This document shows positions 51,489-62,812 of a stretch of DNA of 64,000 bases, piece after piece. Source of the DNA: Chara braunii (taxonomy: Eukaryota > Plantae > Charophyceae). The translations under genes were made by a program, and so were the position numbers. Numbering within the stretch: the first letter of the stretch is position 1; each line of letters starts with the position of its first letter. Under the pieces are notes generated by a model. That model worked only from the letters and a program-made list of their open reading frames with translations. It made no database searches and was not told where the DNA came from. The stretch is from contig BFEA01000008.1 of the NCBI GenBank assembly GCA_003427395.1, positions 5,570,925 through 5,634,924 on the forward strand. The letters are read 5' to 3'.

Positions 51489-53210
51489 TCATGAGAAAGC
51501 CCAAACTTGGTTGTACTCACCCAAGTAATCTGCCCTACACGATAGAGGATACACAACCTTGTTGTACTCACCCTTTAGGTGCTCGAGGCAGAAGTCATAT
51601 TGATCAATGACTTTGATCCACCTCTTGAGTGCATATGAAAGAGTTGGCTGCATATTGATCCATTGCAGGGTTTCGTGGTCAGATCTCATTGTGATAAATC
51701 TACCCAAGAGATAGTGCCTCCAGTGTGTCAAGGCCTTGTAGAGGGCGTGAGGTCGCGATCATACGTAGACTTTACTAATTTTTGGGAGGGCATCTTCTTA
51801 CTCATATACTCAATCGGCCTCAACTTTTTCCCCACTTGCTGGTGGAGAACCACGCCAATGCCATATTGGCTTGCGTTAGTGGTAACAATGAAAGACTTTT
51901 TTGAATTAGGAAGTTTAAGGACTTTGTGATGCATCAGAGCATACTTCAACCGCTTGAAGGCTCTTTTGCAATCGTCTGTCCACTCCCAAGGGGTGTTAAG
52001 GCGTGTGAGATCTGCCAAGGGGGCTGCAATAGTGCTATAGTTCTTTACGAACGGGGGGTAATAACTAGTCACCCCCAAAAAGGGTCTCACCTCAGTCAGA
52101 GATTGAGGTCATGGCTAGTCCCTAATATTAGCCACCTTTGCATCTTCAGGCCTAAGGTCATCTGCGTAGATTTCATGACCCAAGTAATACGATATTGGTG
52201 CAACCAAACTCACATTTTTCCAAGTTAATCTTATTTTGGTGTTGTCGAAGGAGACCAAGCGCAATAGAAGGAGTCGTCGCCGAGTATCCAGACCTTTTCC
52301 AAGAGCTTATAGGGAGGTTGTCCATGCGATACAGATCATTTCTGGAAGCAAAGTGCCAAAGGGAAGGATCTATAGGATGACCCCTGCAGAGTTGGATGAG
52401 TTTCGTCGAGAACTAAAAGAGTTGATGGAGAATGGATGGATTCGGCCTAGCACATCTCCCTCGGTGCACCAGTTTTTTTCATTCCGAAGAAAGGGGGATC
52501 CTTGAGGATGCGCATTGATTATACAAGACTCAATGCCATCACAGTTAAGAACGTCGAGCCTCTACCCCACATTGACGACCTATTGGATACAGTGCATGAA
52601 TGAGGGTACTTCACCAATACGGCTGAGGATCAACACAAAACTGCATTTTAGGCCCGGTACAATCTGTACAAGTTTGTCGTGATGCCTTTTGGTTTGTGCA
52701 ATGCGCCGAGTACATTCCAACACGCCATAAATCGAATTTTCCATGATTACTTACAAAAGTTTATCGTTGTGTTCCTTGACGACATGCTTACCTTTAGTAA
52801 GACTGTTGAGGAGTGTTTTAACGACCTTCCCTTTTTCAGAGACAAAGACTAGATACATACCCTCCTCTTGGTTTCGCTTATAATAATTGTAGAACGACTG
52901 AGCGCACATACAACCATACGAGTCCACTAGCCTATGAGCATTGTACTTCCTAAGGCTAACAGTGGGTAACGCGGTAGCCGAGCGAGGGAGGGCCGCCGTT
53001 GATAAATCGAATTGGTGGCCCCTTTTTCGTTTGGGGTGTCCGACACTACCCGCGACCGACATATGGGAAAGGCAATTGTGGTTTAAGATTGTGAACTGAC
53101 TTACAAGATCAGAGATCAATGTCTGTTGAGCTTGCTTACTCACTCTTGTTCTCTTCCGCTTCTCTTCCACTTCTTCCTTTTTTTTTTCCTCCCTCATATT
53201 CACCTTTCCC
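51489..53210 (-). mobile_element. Ty3/gypsy pol remnant (RT-RNase H) with internal inversion
   Basis: Minus: TNASQYGIG, HWRHYLLG..SDH. Plus 52262-52812: GWIRPSTSP, MPFGLCNAPSTFQ, VFLDD. Confidence 0.9.
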
Positions 53211-54456
53211 ACTTACCCCACAGCTCTGGACTTCACCCTGTCTCTAAGGTCCCCAACCTATTCTCCCCTCAACGCCAGCCAGTGACGATTTGTTGCGGTA
53301 CGATGGAAAACCCGCCCACAATCCCATCTCTGTCTCCCATCTCTGATGTTCCCGAAGCAATGGTGATGCCTGACTCACCGCTCCCGAAATATCTCATACA
53401 AAACTATCACCCCGCAAGCGATAATCTATGCCTGACTCACTTCTCCGAAATCTCTCTTACAGAAACTTGTGCCCTCCAAACAATAATCGATGCCTATGTT
53501 GGTTGAGTACGGACACTATCTTCAATCCGCTAGTTGGTTGAATGTAGTCATGAAGCTCTATTTGAAAGTCAGCTTCAGGCTACAATTGCTGCGTGTCGGG
53601 CGGTGCCCCCATTCTTACCAACTCTTCGTGCGCGAAACAGCGCAATAACCCCCTGAGGAATACACTCATCTACAATGTTGCTCTGTTCTTCCATGCCAAA
53701 CTCGACGATGCCATGTCAATTTTACGCCCCACTCAAGATGCAGACTCTACCCTTGCATTCACAACCATGCGAGCGATGTCACCCTGATTGACAATCATAG
53801 TTGTTCAGCCAGTCAATGAACGTATCCCCACACAAAATGCACCTGTCAATGACTATGCAGGCAATGTTGCATTGTTCCTTTGGTCTGCCCGACTCAACGA
53901 TGACTTCGCTCTTCCCTCACTCTTCCTTGCTCTATGTGTGCGCTCCCCCCTTGCGTGTCCAGCCCAATTAGTGGTTTCTCCTTGATTGACAAACGATGCT
54001 GCCCTATGAAGTCGACCAAGAGTAGCTGACACAGTGCACCCTCCCATTAACCAAGAAGCAAACACCTGGCAATGGCAGGAGAGAAAACGCAATGGTCACA
54101 ACTCTGCCTGCAGTCCACGATGATGGAGGCGACGACCACTTGTGAGGATGACTATGGGTCGGTGACCCCGCCGAGGCATGGCTCGGTTCGAATGCGCTGG
54201 CAATGCCAGGCGCAACCGGAAAGGAGTTGGCCCGGACGCTGCCGGCAGCAGCTCTACCCAGCGGCGCTTGCGCAAGGTCCCAACCCTAAGTTCGAATCCT
54301 GATGTACTCCAATGAGTAAAATTATAATGCAGAATTACCTGGGCCCGGTCAGTTCCATCGTGATTTCTCAACGCTGTCCCCTTGAAAAAGAGTCACAAAG
54401 GAGAAAGAAGGAAAAGAGAATTAATTCCAACAAGAAACATTTCTACTATTTATCCG

Positions 54457-54487
54457 GCGGCCGATAGCTGGGCCAAGTACTGGTGGT
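54457..54487. mobile_element. Orphan right TIR of the TTAA MITE family
   Basis: Perfect 31-bp reverse complement of 49515-49545, followed by TTAA. Confidence 0.75.
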
Positions 54488-55122
54488 TTAAGGAGACTTT
54501 TGTCATAGGGGAGGGGTTCCGCCAACTAGATGTGGCTGGAGACTTAGCGGGCCCTTAATCTTTGGTCTTTTGTCTAGTGTTGTATTTCGCCTTGGGCACT
54601 GGGCCCTTACATTCAGAAAGGGAAAAAAAAAAAAAAAAAAGCAACGGAAAAGAGAATTAAAAAGGGAGGAGATATGGGTGCTAGAGCCTTTTCAGACAGC
54701 ATAGAGCTAAGGGCGACCATCTGTTTACTGTAGCTATTGTTCTGGTGTCAGTCTGCTCCGAACACAGTCACTTATTCTTGAGTTTGTTAAGGTTTGTTTG
54801 GTGGTTGGCTGAGTGTCACTTAGCAGTTCCTATATCATGCCTCTCCTTTTCATACTCTTGTTAAATTTACTCTTCCATAGAAGGTGTCTTTGCAGACCAT
54901 GGAGGAGTTGGGCCTCGGCGAGTTGTTCCATAGAAGATGTTGATTGTGAGCCAGAACATTCTGCTGAAGATGCCGTTCAGGGAATACTTTGCATGTAGTT
55001 GCTGCTTTCTGCAACTGTGTTCCCCTTACATTATATTTAAAACTCTCTCATCATGGCATTCCTCTTCTGTACACACACACACACACACATCATGCTTTTT
55101 TTGAGTGTATAGTGAATATGAC

Positions 55123-55192
<70 letters not shown>

Positions 55193-55499
55193 AAAGACTT
55201 CGGCCAGTCTTGAACAACAGCAACTTTTCGTTCCTTCAGGAGCCAACCTCTCTGGCACTTTGTGACTGTTTGTGAGGATTCTATTGAGTGAATTGCACTT
55301 TCAGTGTACTCTGTCATATCGCATGGTTAAGTCTTTCATTGTGTTTCTCCCTCTCTGTGCGGTGTGATACTCCCATCCTCTCCCCTTCCTTTTGTGTATG
55401 TATGGGCATACCTGGAAGTCTATGTGAGCGAGTGTTGGTCTTTTGACAACAAGCAACCAGGTTCATAACACACACACACACACACACACGTAGAGTAGT

Positions 55500-56742
55500 G
55501 ATAGTTTACCACCACCATGGCGAGCTGTTGTGGACCAAATCCTGCAGCAGCTCAACACCCTTGCTTTGGACCAATCCTCCCTGCCGTTGTCTGCCCATAT
55601 AGAGGAGTAGTAAATACTGGAGAAACCCAAGAAAGATGCTCCATGCCGCTCTGTGATGACCCGGTTGAGATTCCACTAGCATGTGGTTCGCATGCATTGT
55701 GCCATGAGGATTATGAAGGGATAGTCCATGCAAGTTTTTGCTTTCAAACGTACGGCGACAGTCAGTACTATACTCATGTACGACACCCTGACATGACATG
55801 GCCAATTTGTAGACAAGGGCTGGAACGACAATGCCGCTATAATAGGTCGACGTGCCTCAGTGCTCCTAGCATGTAGGAGCCACATAGCCTTTGACATTCG
55901 TCTGCGCCGCACAATTCGATGTCGTAACCGTGACTGCGAAAATTGGATGTAGTGCTTCCACAGTCCACACCCAAAACGGTCCTGTCCGGTCTGTAGGGGT
56001 GGCCACTTACCATAGGCAATAGCTGCTCCTCAACTCAAAATTTTAGGCAACCCAAACACTAACTGACCTCATGTGCCATTCTAGAGTTGTCTGTTCCAAT
56101 GATGAATATTTAGAATTTTGTGAACTTCGTCACATACCTCTCCCCAACCTTTTGCCATACTCTATCCTGCCCTTCACATATTTCTCTCTTGCCCTTTGCA
56201 CTCCACCTTCCCTACCCCACACTCCTATAGAACTCCACCTTCTATCCCTTTCCCTCCGCCCTCCCCTTTTGTCCTATAACACATACATACTAATGAGCAT
56301 CGTTAAGATAACAGACAATATGAAGATCTGAAGTGAAATGAACAGGAGTATGAAGACGGAGGACAAACACCAAGACTAAGTATAAGCTCAAGATCTAAAG
56401 TGAAATGAACAGGAGTATGAAGATTCGAAGTGAAATGCACAAGAGCATACCTTCCACTTTACTCCCTCCTATTATAACGTGCAAGTGGGTCGTTAAGGCA
56501 CACGGGGATATGGGCCACTGCCGCTTAACCACAATCAACGTGGGCAGCCTTACACGTGCGAGGCATTGTAAAAGAGGAGCTGTTGCCTCAAAGAAACCTC
56601 AACTAAACACAGTACTAAATTGTTCTATAATCTATTATGATTCATGTTGCTTGCTAAAGAGGTGAAATTCCGTAATTGTTGGGCTGGCTCATCTCGAATC
56701 TACTCGTCCGGGTGGATAGGGGCTGTTGTGGTGGAAGTTTAA
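55500..56742 (+). mobile_element. Penelope-like element copy B (RING-like units 3-4 and 3' UTR)
   Basis: Homologous to 59880-60900; (CA)n on both sides; same 3' terminal motif. Confidence 0.82.
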
Positions 56743-56801
56743 AACACACACACAAACAGTCTGGCACAGTCATGCTTTTTTTAGCGCATAGCGAATATGA
56801 C

Positions 56802-56869
<68 letters not shown>

Positions 56870-56870
<1 letters not shown>

Positions 56871-57750
56871 CTATGTACACGAAGCTGCCACACGACAAGA
56901 TTCTTAACAATGTTTTGAATGTTGTTCGTGAAGCACATGATTATACTGGGCGGATCACACAACGCAAAAGGCCAATACAAGATGTACATGACCATAGGAG
57001 GTCCTCGTCGTGGGGAGTGGGTTACTTCACATGGGTCAGACAACCTCTCGGTGTCAGAAATAGAGCAGCATCTGCGGTTCGTAGTCTCTAATACTTATCT
57101 TTATACGAGGGATGGCACTCTGGGCCATCAGGTGGTCGGTATCCCTATGGGCACTAACGTCGGACCATAAATTGCCAACCTCACGCTTTATTGGGACGAA
57201 GCACAATTCATCGATGATCTTCGTCAGCCAGATCTGCGTGCTGCGCAAGCATATGCATTCACATACCGATACATTGATGACATTCTATGTTGGAAGACAT
57301 CACCGCCATCTCCTGCTCGGTATGGTCTTGAATGGAAAGACACTCTTGAGCAAGATGGGTCATGTCTTTTCCTTGGGGCAAGAATCCTGGTTCGAACTGA
57401 TGGCTCACTTCGCATTGGCGTATTTGATAAGGCCGAGGCTCGGACGTTCCCTGTCATACGTTATCCCAGTGTTTCCTCCAATCCCCCGGATCATCAGCCT
57501 ACAGGCTGCTCACGGGACAACTAACGAGATTTGAACATATACATAACAATACCACCGACTTCAAAGCGGCAGTGACTTCCCTGACACGACGTATGCTTGC
57601 CAGGGGCCATCATCCCAGTGTCCTGGCTAGAGGTTGGACTGCATATGTGCGTGGCTGGCAGCGCCAACTCCCAACTCATTTCACACAACTTTCAAACTGG
57701 TTTCGCCGCAGGTTCGCTAAGCAATTGCTCACCCACTCCCAAAAGCTGAT
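56870..57750 (+). pseudogene. PLE reverse transcriptase (end of motif A to thumb)
   Basis: TMYTKLPHDKI; about 80-aa spacer; QVVGIPMGTNVGP*IANL; YRYIDD at 57264-57281; LFLGARI; VFDKAEARTFPVIRYPSVSSNPP; GQLTRF. Two frameshifts and one stop. Confidence 0.9.
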
Positions 57751-58935
57751 TCTGTGCACAGGTCCTCCACCCGATCGCACACAAGAGACCACCACTCACC
57801 GCCTGACGCCAATGTTGACTGCAGCCAGCAACAGCCCTCCGCACAATCAAACGCAGCCGGCCCCCTCCCCTGTTATCCCTGTTGAAATGGCAGACGCTAA
57901 TGTCGATACGCCAACTCAGCCAGAGACCATGCCAATTGCAATAAACAATGTAAACGTTACCGAAGTGGCTGTAAGGGATTAAAGCCAGCATCCTACAAAT
58001 ACGGCGACGGTTCTTGCTGCTGCTGAAGGTATACCTCTTCCACTGTCACTGCTGCCACCACCGCCTCCACCACCACCCCCACCACCTCCATCACTGCCAT
58101 TATCATCAACACCACCACCACGATCATCACCGCCACCGCCACCGCCACCAACGTCCTCTATTGCAGCATCCTCTCAGTCATCTGCCTCTAAGACTTCTTC
58201 TTCTTCTTCTCCCTCTTCCCCTACTTCTTCTTCCTCTTCTCCCTCTTCCTCCCCTCCCTCCGATACTTCCTCATCATCGACCTCATCATCAACGCACTCA
58301 TGGTCAGATCGGTCGTCGCAAAGGCCTTGTCGGCCGAGGCATCCGGTGTTAGATCGATCGTTACAGATGCCTCTTCGGCGGAGACGTTCCCCATTTCCAC
58401 TCCAACCTCCAAGACAGCGGCCTCATTTGTCGTTGAATGGCATGATCACCGCGCCCCCTAACGGGGTTAGAGATCTGCTCCGACGACATGCTTGCAACCA
58501 TACGGAACGACATCGTCGCTTTTAATATACACTTGCAAGGAATAGTGTACATTGAGTCCGATGCCCGCAATGTGGCGATGATTTCTCCAGTGCTACAGGC
58601 TTACAAGTGCCCCAGACACGAGGTGCAGCTACTTATGCAGCGTTCTCATGGCTAGCAGGTGCCCTGAGCACAAGTGAGGTTGATCAACTTCCAATTCTCA
58701 CATAGGGTCCACCCAGTTCTCACCCACCTGACCCGCCGCTCTCTCATCCGCCTAGCCCCGCTCGCTTCCCTGCCCCAAATGACAATGACCCGTCTCCTGA
58801 TTACCTGATGGAGCCCCCATTGAAGATCATCTCTCTAAGGAGGACATACTGGAGCCGAGTGGTCAATACCACAATGAGTCTCCCCCACCTGTGCAACCTG
58901 CAAAATCGAACGAGTCTCCGCCTGCCGTGAACTGA

Positions 58936-59385
58936 TCCCCCACGCAACCTGCGGAATCCGACAATGTCATAGCGCTACAGCAAGGGCGCTGTGCATACTA
59001 TGCCATTAATGTATGTCTCCTTGCTTGCAATTGTAATCCTTATACTGTTTCTGATTTCACAGACGTTGCTCGCTGGATAGAAGAAGAGCACCATGTCGTC
59101 TGCCCAAAGGACGACAGCGCTGCACCTGGTGTGAACAAAGAATTCCTGGCTATGGGATTTATGGGTAGGCGACTGCAATTTCAGCCTGCTCCGCAAAACC
59201 ACGTGTCAGGCAGGGATCCGAATATTCGGGCATATATCTTATATCGTCCAGGTCATTTCAGTGCTCTTACCTTTGCAGATAATTCATGGACCCTATGGGA
59301 CAATGGCGGTAGGGTGGACACAGTGGTGAATATTAACTCTGTCTATCACCAAATGCTAGAGGATCACTCAGTCTGGCTCGTCCAA
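58936..59385 (+). CDS. Josephin-like (MJD/ataxin-3-type) cysteine protease domain
   Basis: Open frame: LQQGRCAYYAIN..YTVSDFTDVARWIEEE..DPNIRAYILYRPGHFSALTFADNSWTLWDN. C at 58990, H at 59254, D at 59299; H-D spacing 15 aa as in ataxin-3 H119-N134. Confidence 0.72.
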
Positions 59386-59387
59386 AT

Positions 59388-60395
59388 GGTGGTTGTGCCC
59401 TCCCGTTGTGTCGTTGCAAAGGTGCAGTTCGGTTGGCATGTACATGGCATAGCCTCTGCTCCGAACACTATGAAGGGATGGTCGCTGCTAGCCTCTCACA
59501 CGAAAACTGTGATCCCCTGTCCTGTGCTCATCTCCCCCACCCCCTGATTACTTGCCCAGCATGCCATTGGGGCCTTGATCTGCCATGCTTAAATAACTGT
59601 GCACGTCAGCCGTCCATACCAATGACATGTCAGCAACATGCCATGTGTCGTCAATGCTTCCAGGAAGCTGTCATAGAAAGTATGTGTCTTTACCGCGTGG
59701 ACTATACCCGGTGCCATCACCCTCCACATCCTCTCCTAACATGTCCCACATGCGGTGTTGGTCATACACCTGTGGCAACTGCTGGTGGATCTCCCTCTTT
59801 CTTGCCAGATGAACGACAGACACAGCAGTCCGAGGAGGAAAATAGACTTCTATATGAATCACCGGCAGAGCAATGTGCTCATAGTTTATCACCACCAGGG
59901 CGAGCTGTTGCGGACCAAATCCTGCAGCAGCTGAACGCCCTTGCTTTGGACCGATCCTCCCTGTCGTCGTCTCCCGATAGAGAAGGAATAAATACTGAGG
60001 AAGCCCAAGAAAGATGCTCCATGCCGCTTTGTGATGACCCGCCGTCGATTCAACTAGCATGTGGTTCACATGCCTTGTGCTGTGAGGATTATGAAGGGAT
60101 AGTCCTTGCCAATTTTTGCTTCCACACGTACAACGACAGTCAGTACTGTACTCATGTACGGCACCCTGACATATCATGTCCAATTTGTAGACAAGGGCTG
60201 GAACGGCAATGCCTCTATAATTGTGGTCGACGTTACTCTGTGTTTCTAGCATGTAGAAGCCACGTAGCCTGTGACATCTGTCTGCGCCGCACCATTCGAT
60301 GCAGCAACTGTGACTGCGAAAATTGGATGCGGTGCTTCCATAGTCCACACCCGAACCAGTCCTGTCCGGTCTGTAGGGGTGGCCACTTGCCATAG
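59388..60395 (+). CDS. Four tandem RING-like Cys/His fingers (open frame over 329 aa)
   Basis: Units C-x3/4-C-x8/9-C-x2-H-x2-C-x2-[CHD]-x27/29-CPxC ending CPAC, CPTC, CPIC and CPVC. Confidence 0.75.
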   Translation, partial: GGCALPLCRCKGAVRLACTWHSLCSEHYEGMVAASLSHENCDPLSCAHLPHPLITCPACHWGLDLPCLNNCARQPSIPMTCQQHAMCRQCFQEAVIESMCLYRVDYTRCHHPPHPLLTCPTCGVGHTPVATAGGSPSFLPDERQTQQSEEENRLLYESPAEQCAHSLSPPGRAVADQILQQLNALALDRSSLSSSPDREGINTEEAQERCSMPLCDDPPSIQLACGSHALCCEDYEGIVLANFCFHTYNDSQYCTHVRHPDISCPICRQGLERQCLYNCGRRYSVFLACRSHVACDICLRRTIRCSNCDCENWMRCFHSPHPNQSCPVCRGGHLP

Positions 60396-60927
60396 GCATT
60401 AACTGGTCCTCAACCCGACATTTTTTTTTTTGCAACCGTGTGCCATTCTAGAGTAGTCTGTTCCAGCGTTGAATGTTTAGAACTATCCCTTTCCCTCCAC
60501 CCTTCCCGCCACTCCCTTTGTGCTACTAATAAATACATACGAATGAGCATCGTTAGGAGAACAGACAATATGAAGATCAGAAATGAAATGAATGGAAATA
60601 TGAAGATGAAGGACAGACACTAAGACTGTATAAGCTGAAGATCTGAAGTGACATGAACAGGAGTATGAAGGTCTGAAGAGAAATGCACAGGAGCATACCT
60701 TCCGTTCTACTCTGCCTCCTGAAATAACGTGCAAGTGGGCCGTGAAGGCACACGGGGATGTGGGCAGCTGCCGCTCAACCACAATCAACGTGGGCAACCT
60801 TGCACGTAAGAGGCACAGTAAAAGGGGAGTGGCACAAGCAATGGAAGGGGTACCCCAAGGACAACCAAAAAAACTGTCTAATTGTAAAATTGCTTTAATA
60901 TGTTGGACTGTGACTGTCTCATCTTAA

Positions 60928-61018
60928 ACCACCAGTACCTCCCCGTTGTTTTTTTGAAGTCGCGGCCGTTAACGCACCGCGACTTTCGGGGGTCGGGCAA
61001 GCCAACGCCCCGTCGCTT

Positions 61019-61071
<53 letters not shown>

Positions 61072-61610
61072 NNNNNNNNNNNNNNNNNNNNNNNNNNNNN
61101 NNNNNNNNNNNNNNNNNNNNNNNNNNNNNNNNNNNNNNNNNNNNNNNNNNNNNNNNNNNNNNNNNNNNNNNNNNNNNNNNNNNNNNNNNNNNNNNNNNNN
61201 NNNNNNNNNNNNNNNNNNNNNNNNNNNNNNNNNNNNNNNNNNNNNNNNNNNNNNNNNNNNNNNNNNNNNNNNNNNNNNNNNNNNNNNNNNNNNNNNNNNN
61301 NNNNNNNNNNNNNNNNNNNNNNNNNNNNNNNNNNNNNNNNNNNNNNNNNNNNNNNNNNNNNNNNNNNNNNNNNNNNNNNNNNNNNNNNNNNNNNNNNNNN
61401 NNNNNNNNNNNNNNNNNNNNNNNNNNNNNNNNNNNNNNNNNNNNNNNNNNNNNNNNNNNNNNNNNNNNNNNNNNNNNNNNNNNNNNNNNNNNNNNNNNNN
61501 NNNNNNNNNNNNNNNNNNNNNNNNNNNNNNNNNNNNNNNNNNNNNNNNNNNNNNNNNNNNNNNNNNNNNNNNNNNNNNNNNNNNNNNNNNNNNNNNNNNN
61601 NNNNNNNNNN

Positions 61611-61670
<60 letters not shown>

Positions 61671-62632
61671 GGCGCGATGCAGTCCGTTTTTCTCAATTTC
61701 GTTTTCCTTCTTCCTTTTTTTTTTGGGGGGCAAGTACGTTTATATCACCTTTTGGTTTCGAAAGGGCAAAAAAAACACGAATGGGCAACGAAAAAATGGC
61801 TGTAGTTTGAAAAGGCGGTAACATCAGGCCCCGAGTTCGAAAAGGCAGAAATACCGCATTTTTCGGTCGGTCGGTCGCCCGCCCGCCGTGCCGCGCCGCG
61901 GCTAAAAAAAAAAAAAAAAAAAAAAAAACATGGTCGGGCCACGGCCATGGGGTGTGGCCGAGAGATCTCGGCTGTGGCCAATCTGGGGTGTGGCCGAGAG
62001 ATCTCGGCTGTGGCCAATCTGGGGTGTGGCCGAGACATCTCGGCCGTGGCCAATCTGGGGTGTGGCCGAGACATCTCGGCCGTGGCCAATCTGGGGTGTG
62101 GCCGAGACATCTCGACCGTGGCCAATCTGGGGTGTGGCCGAGACATCTCGGCCATGGCCAATGTGGGGTGTGTGGGCCGAGACATCTCGGCCGTGGCCCA
62201 ACCTTGGGGCTGGTTTTGTTCTTTCCAGCCGCGGCACGGCGCGCGTCGGATCGACAAAAAAAAAAAAAAAAAGAAAAAAAAAAAGGCCTACAAAATGCGG
62301 TATTTCTGCCTTCTCGAACTCGGGGCCTGATGTTACCGCCTTTTGCTGTTATTTCTGCCTTTTCGAACTACGGCCATTTTTTCATTGCCCATTTATGTTT
62401 TTTTTGCCTTTACAGTTCGAAAGTGTGGTACTACCGCACTTGTTTCTTTTTCTTTTTTTGAAAGTTTTCTTTGTTTTTTCGTTTGTTTTTTATTTTACTT
62501 TGTTCACATTTATTGTAAAGAAATTTTGATGTCCTCGAAGTACCGGTACTTCGAGGCTCGTCACCGTAGCTGTAGGTTACGCCTACCGGTAGCTTTAGGG
62601 TCGGGCCTTGACAACCGGTAGGTACTGGTGGT
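60928..62632. mobile_element. TTAA-flanked non-autonomous DNA transposon with internal foldback and minisatellite; spans a gap
   Basis: TTAA|ACCACCAGTACCT ... AGGTACTGGTGGT|TTAA; the PLE 3' UTR resumes after it. Confidence 0.8.
61945..62200. repeat. 36-bp palindromic minisatellite, about 7 copies
   Basis: TGGGGTGTGGCCGAGACATCTCGGCCGTGGCCAATC; no spacers. Confidence 0.93.
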
Positions 62633-62725
62633 TTAAATGCTCTCGTTGTCTGCAATAGGACAAAGACTGCTTTGATTCTGAATCTATTCATCTGGGTGGA
62701 ATTGGGGCTGTTGTGGGGAAAATCT

Positions 62726-62728
<3 letters not shown>

Positions 62729-62810
<82 letters not shown>
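62729..62810. repeat. (CA)n(GA)n microsatellite
   Basis: Direct inspection. Confidence 0.95.

Positions 62811-62812
<2 letters not shown>

Larger units (their letters stand above)
56868..62728 (+). mobile_element. Penelope-like element copy C (Chlamys/Naiad-type RT with long C-terminal extension), 5'-truncated
   Basis: Begins directly after (CA)n and ends with the shared 3' motif directly before (CA)n at 62729; crosses a gap inside a nested MITE. Confidence 0.85.

Noticed and set aside
49515-54487. Single 5-kb composite transposon bounded by perfect TIRs
   Set aside because: The PLE sequence resumes after the nearer TIR at 49715, and the flank after 54491 does not continue the PLE
61945-62200. 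CRISPR-like 36-bp palindromic repeats
   Set aside because: Units are contiguous with no unique spacers, there are no cas genes, and the context is eukaryotic TE
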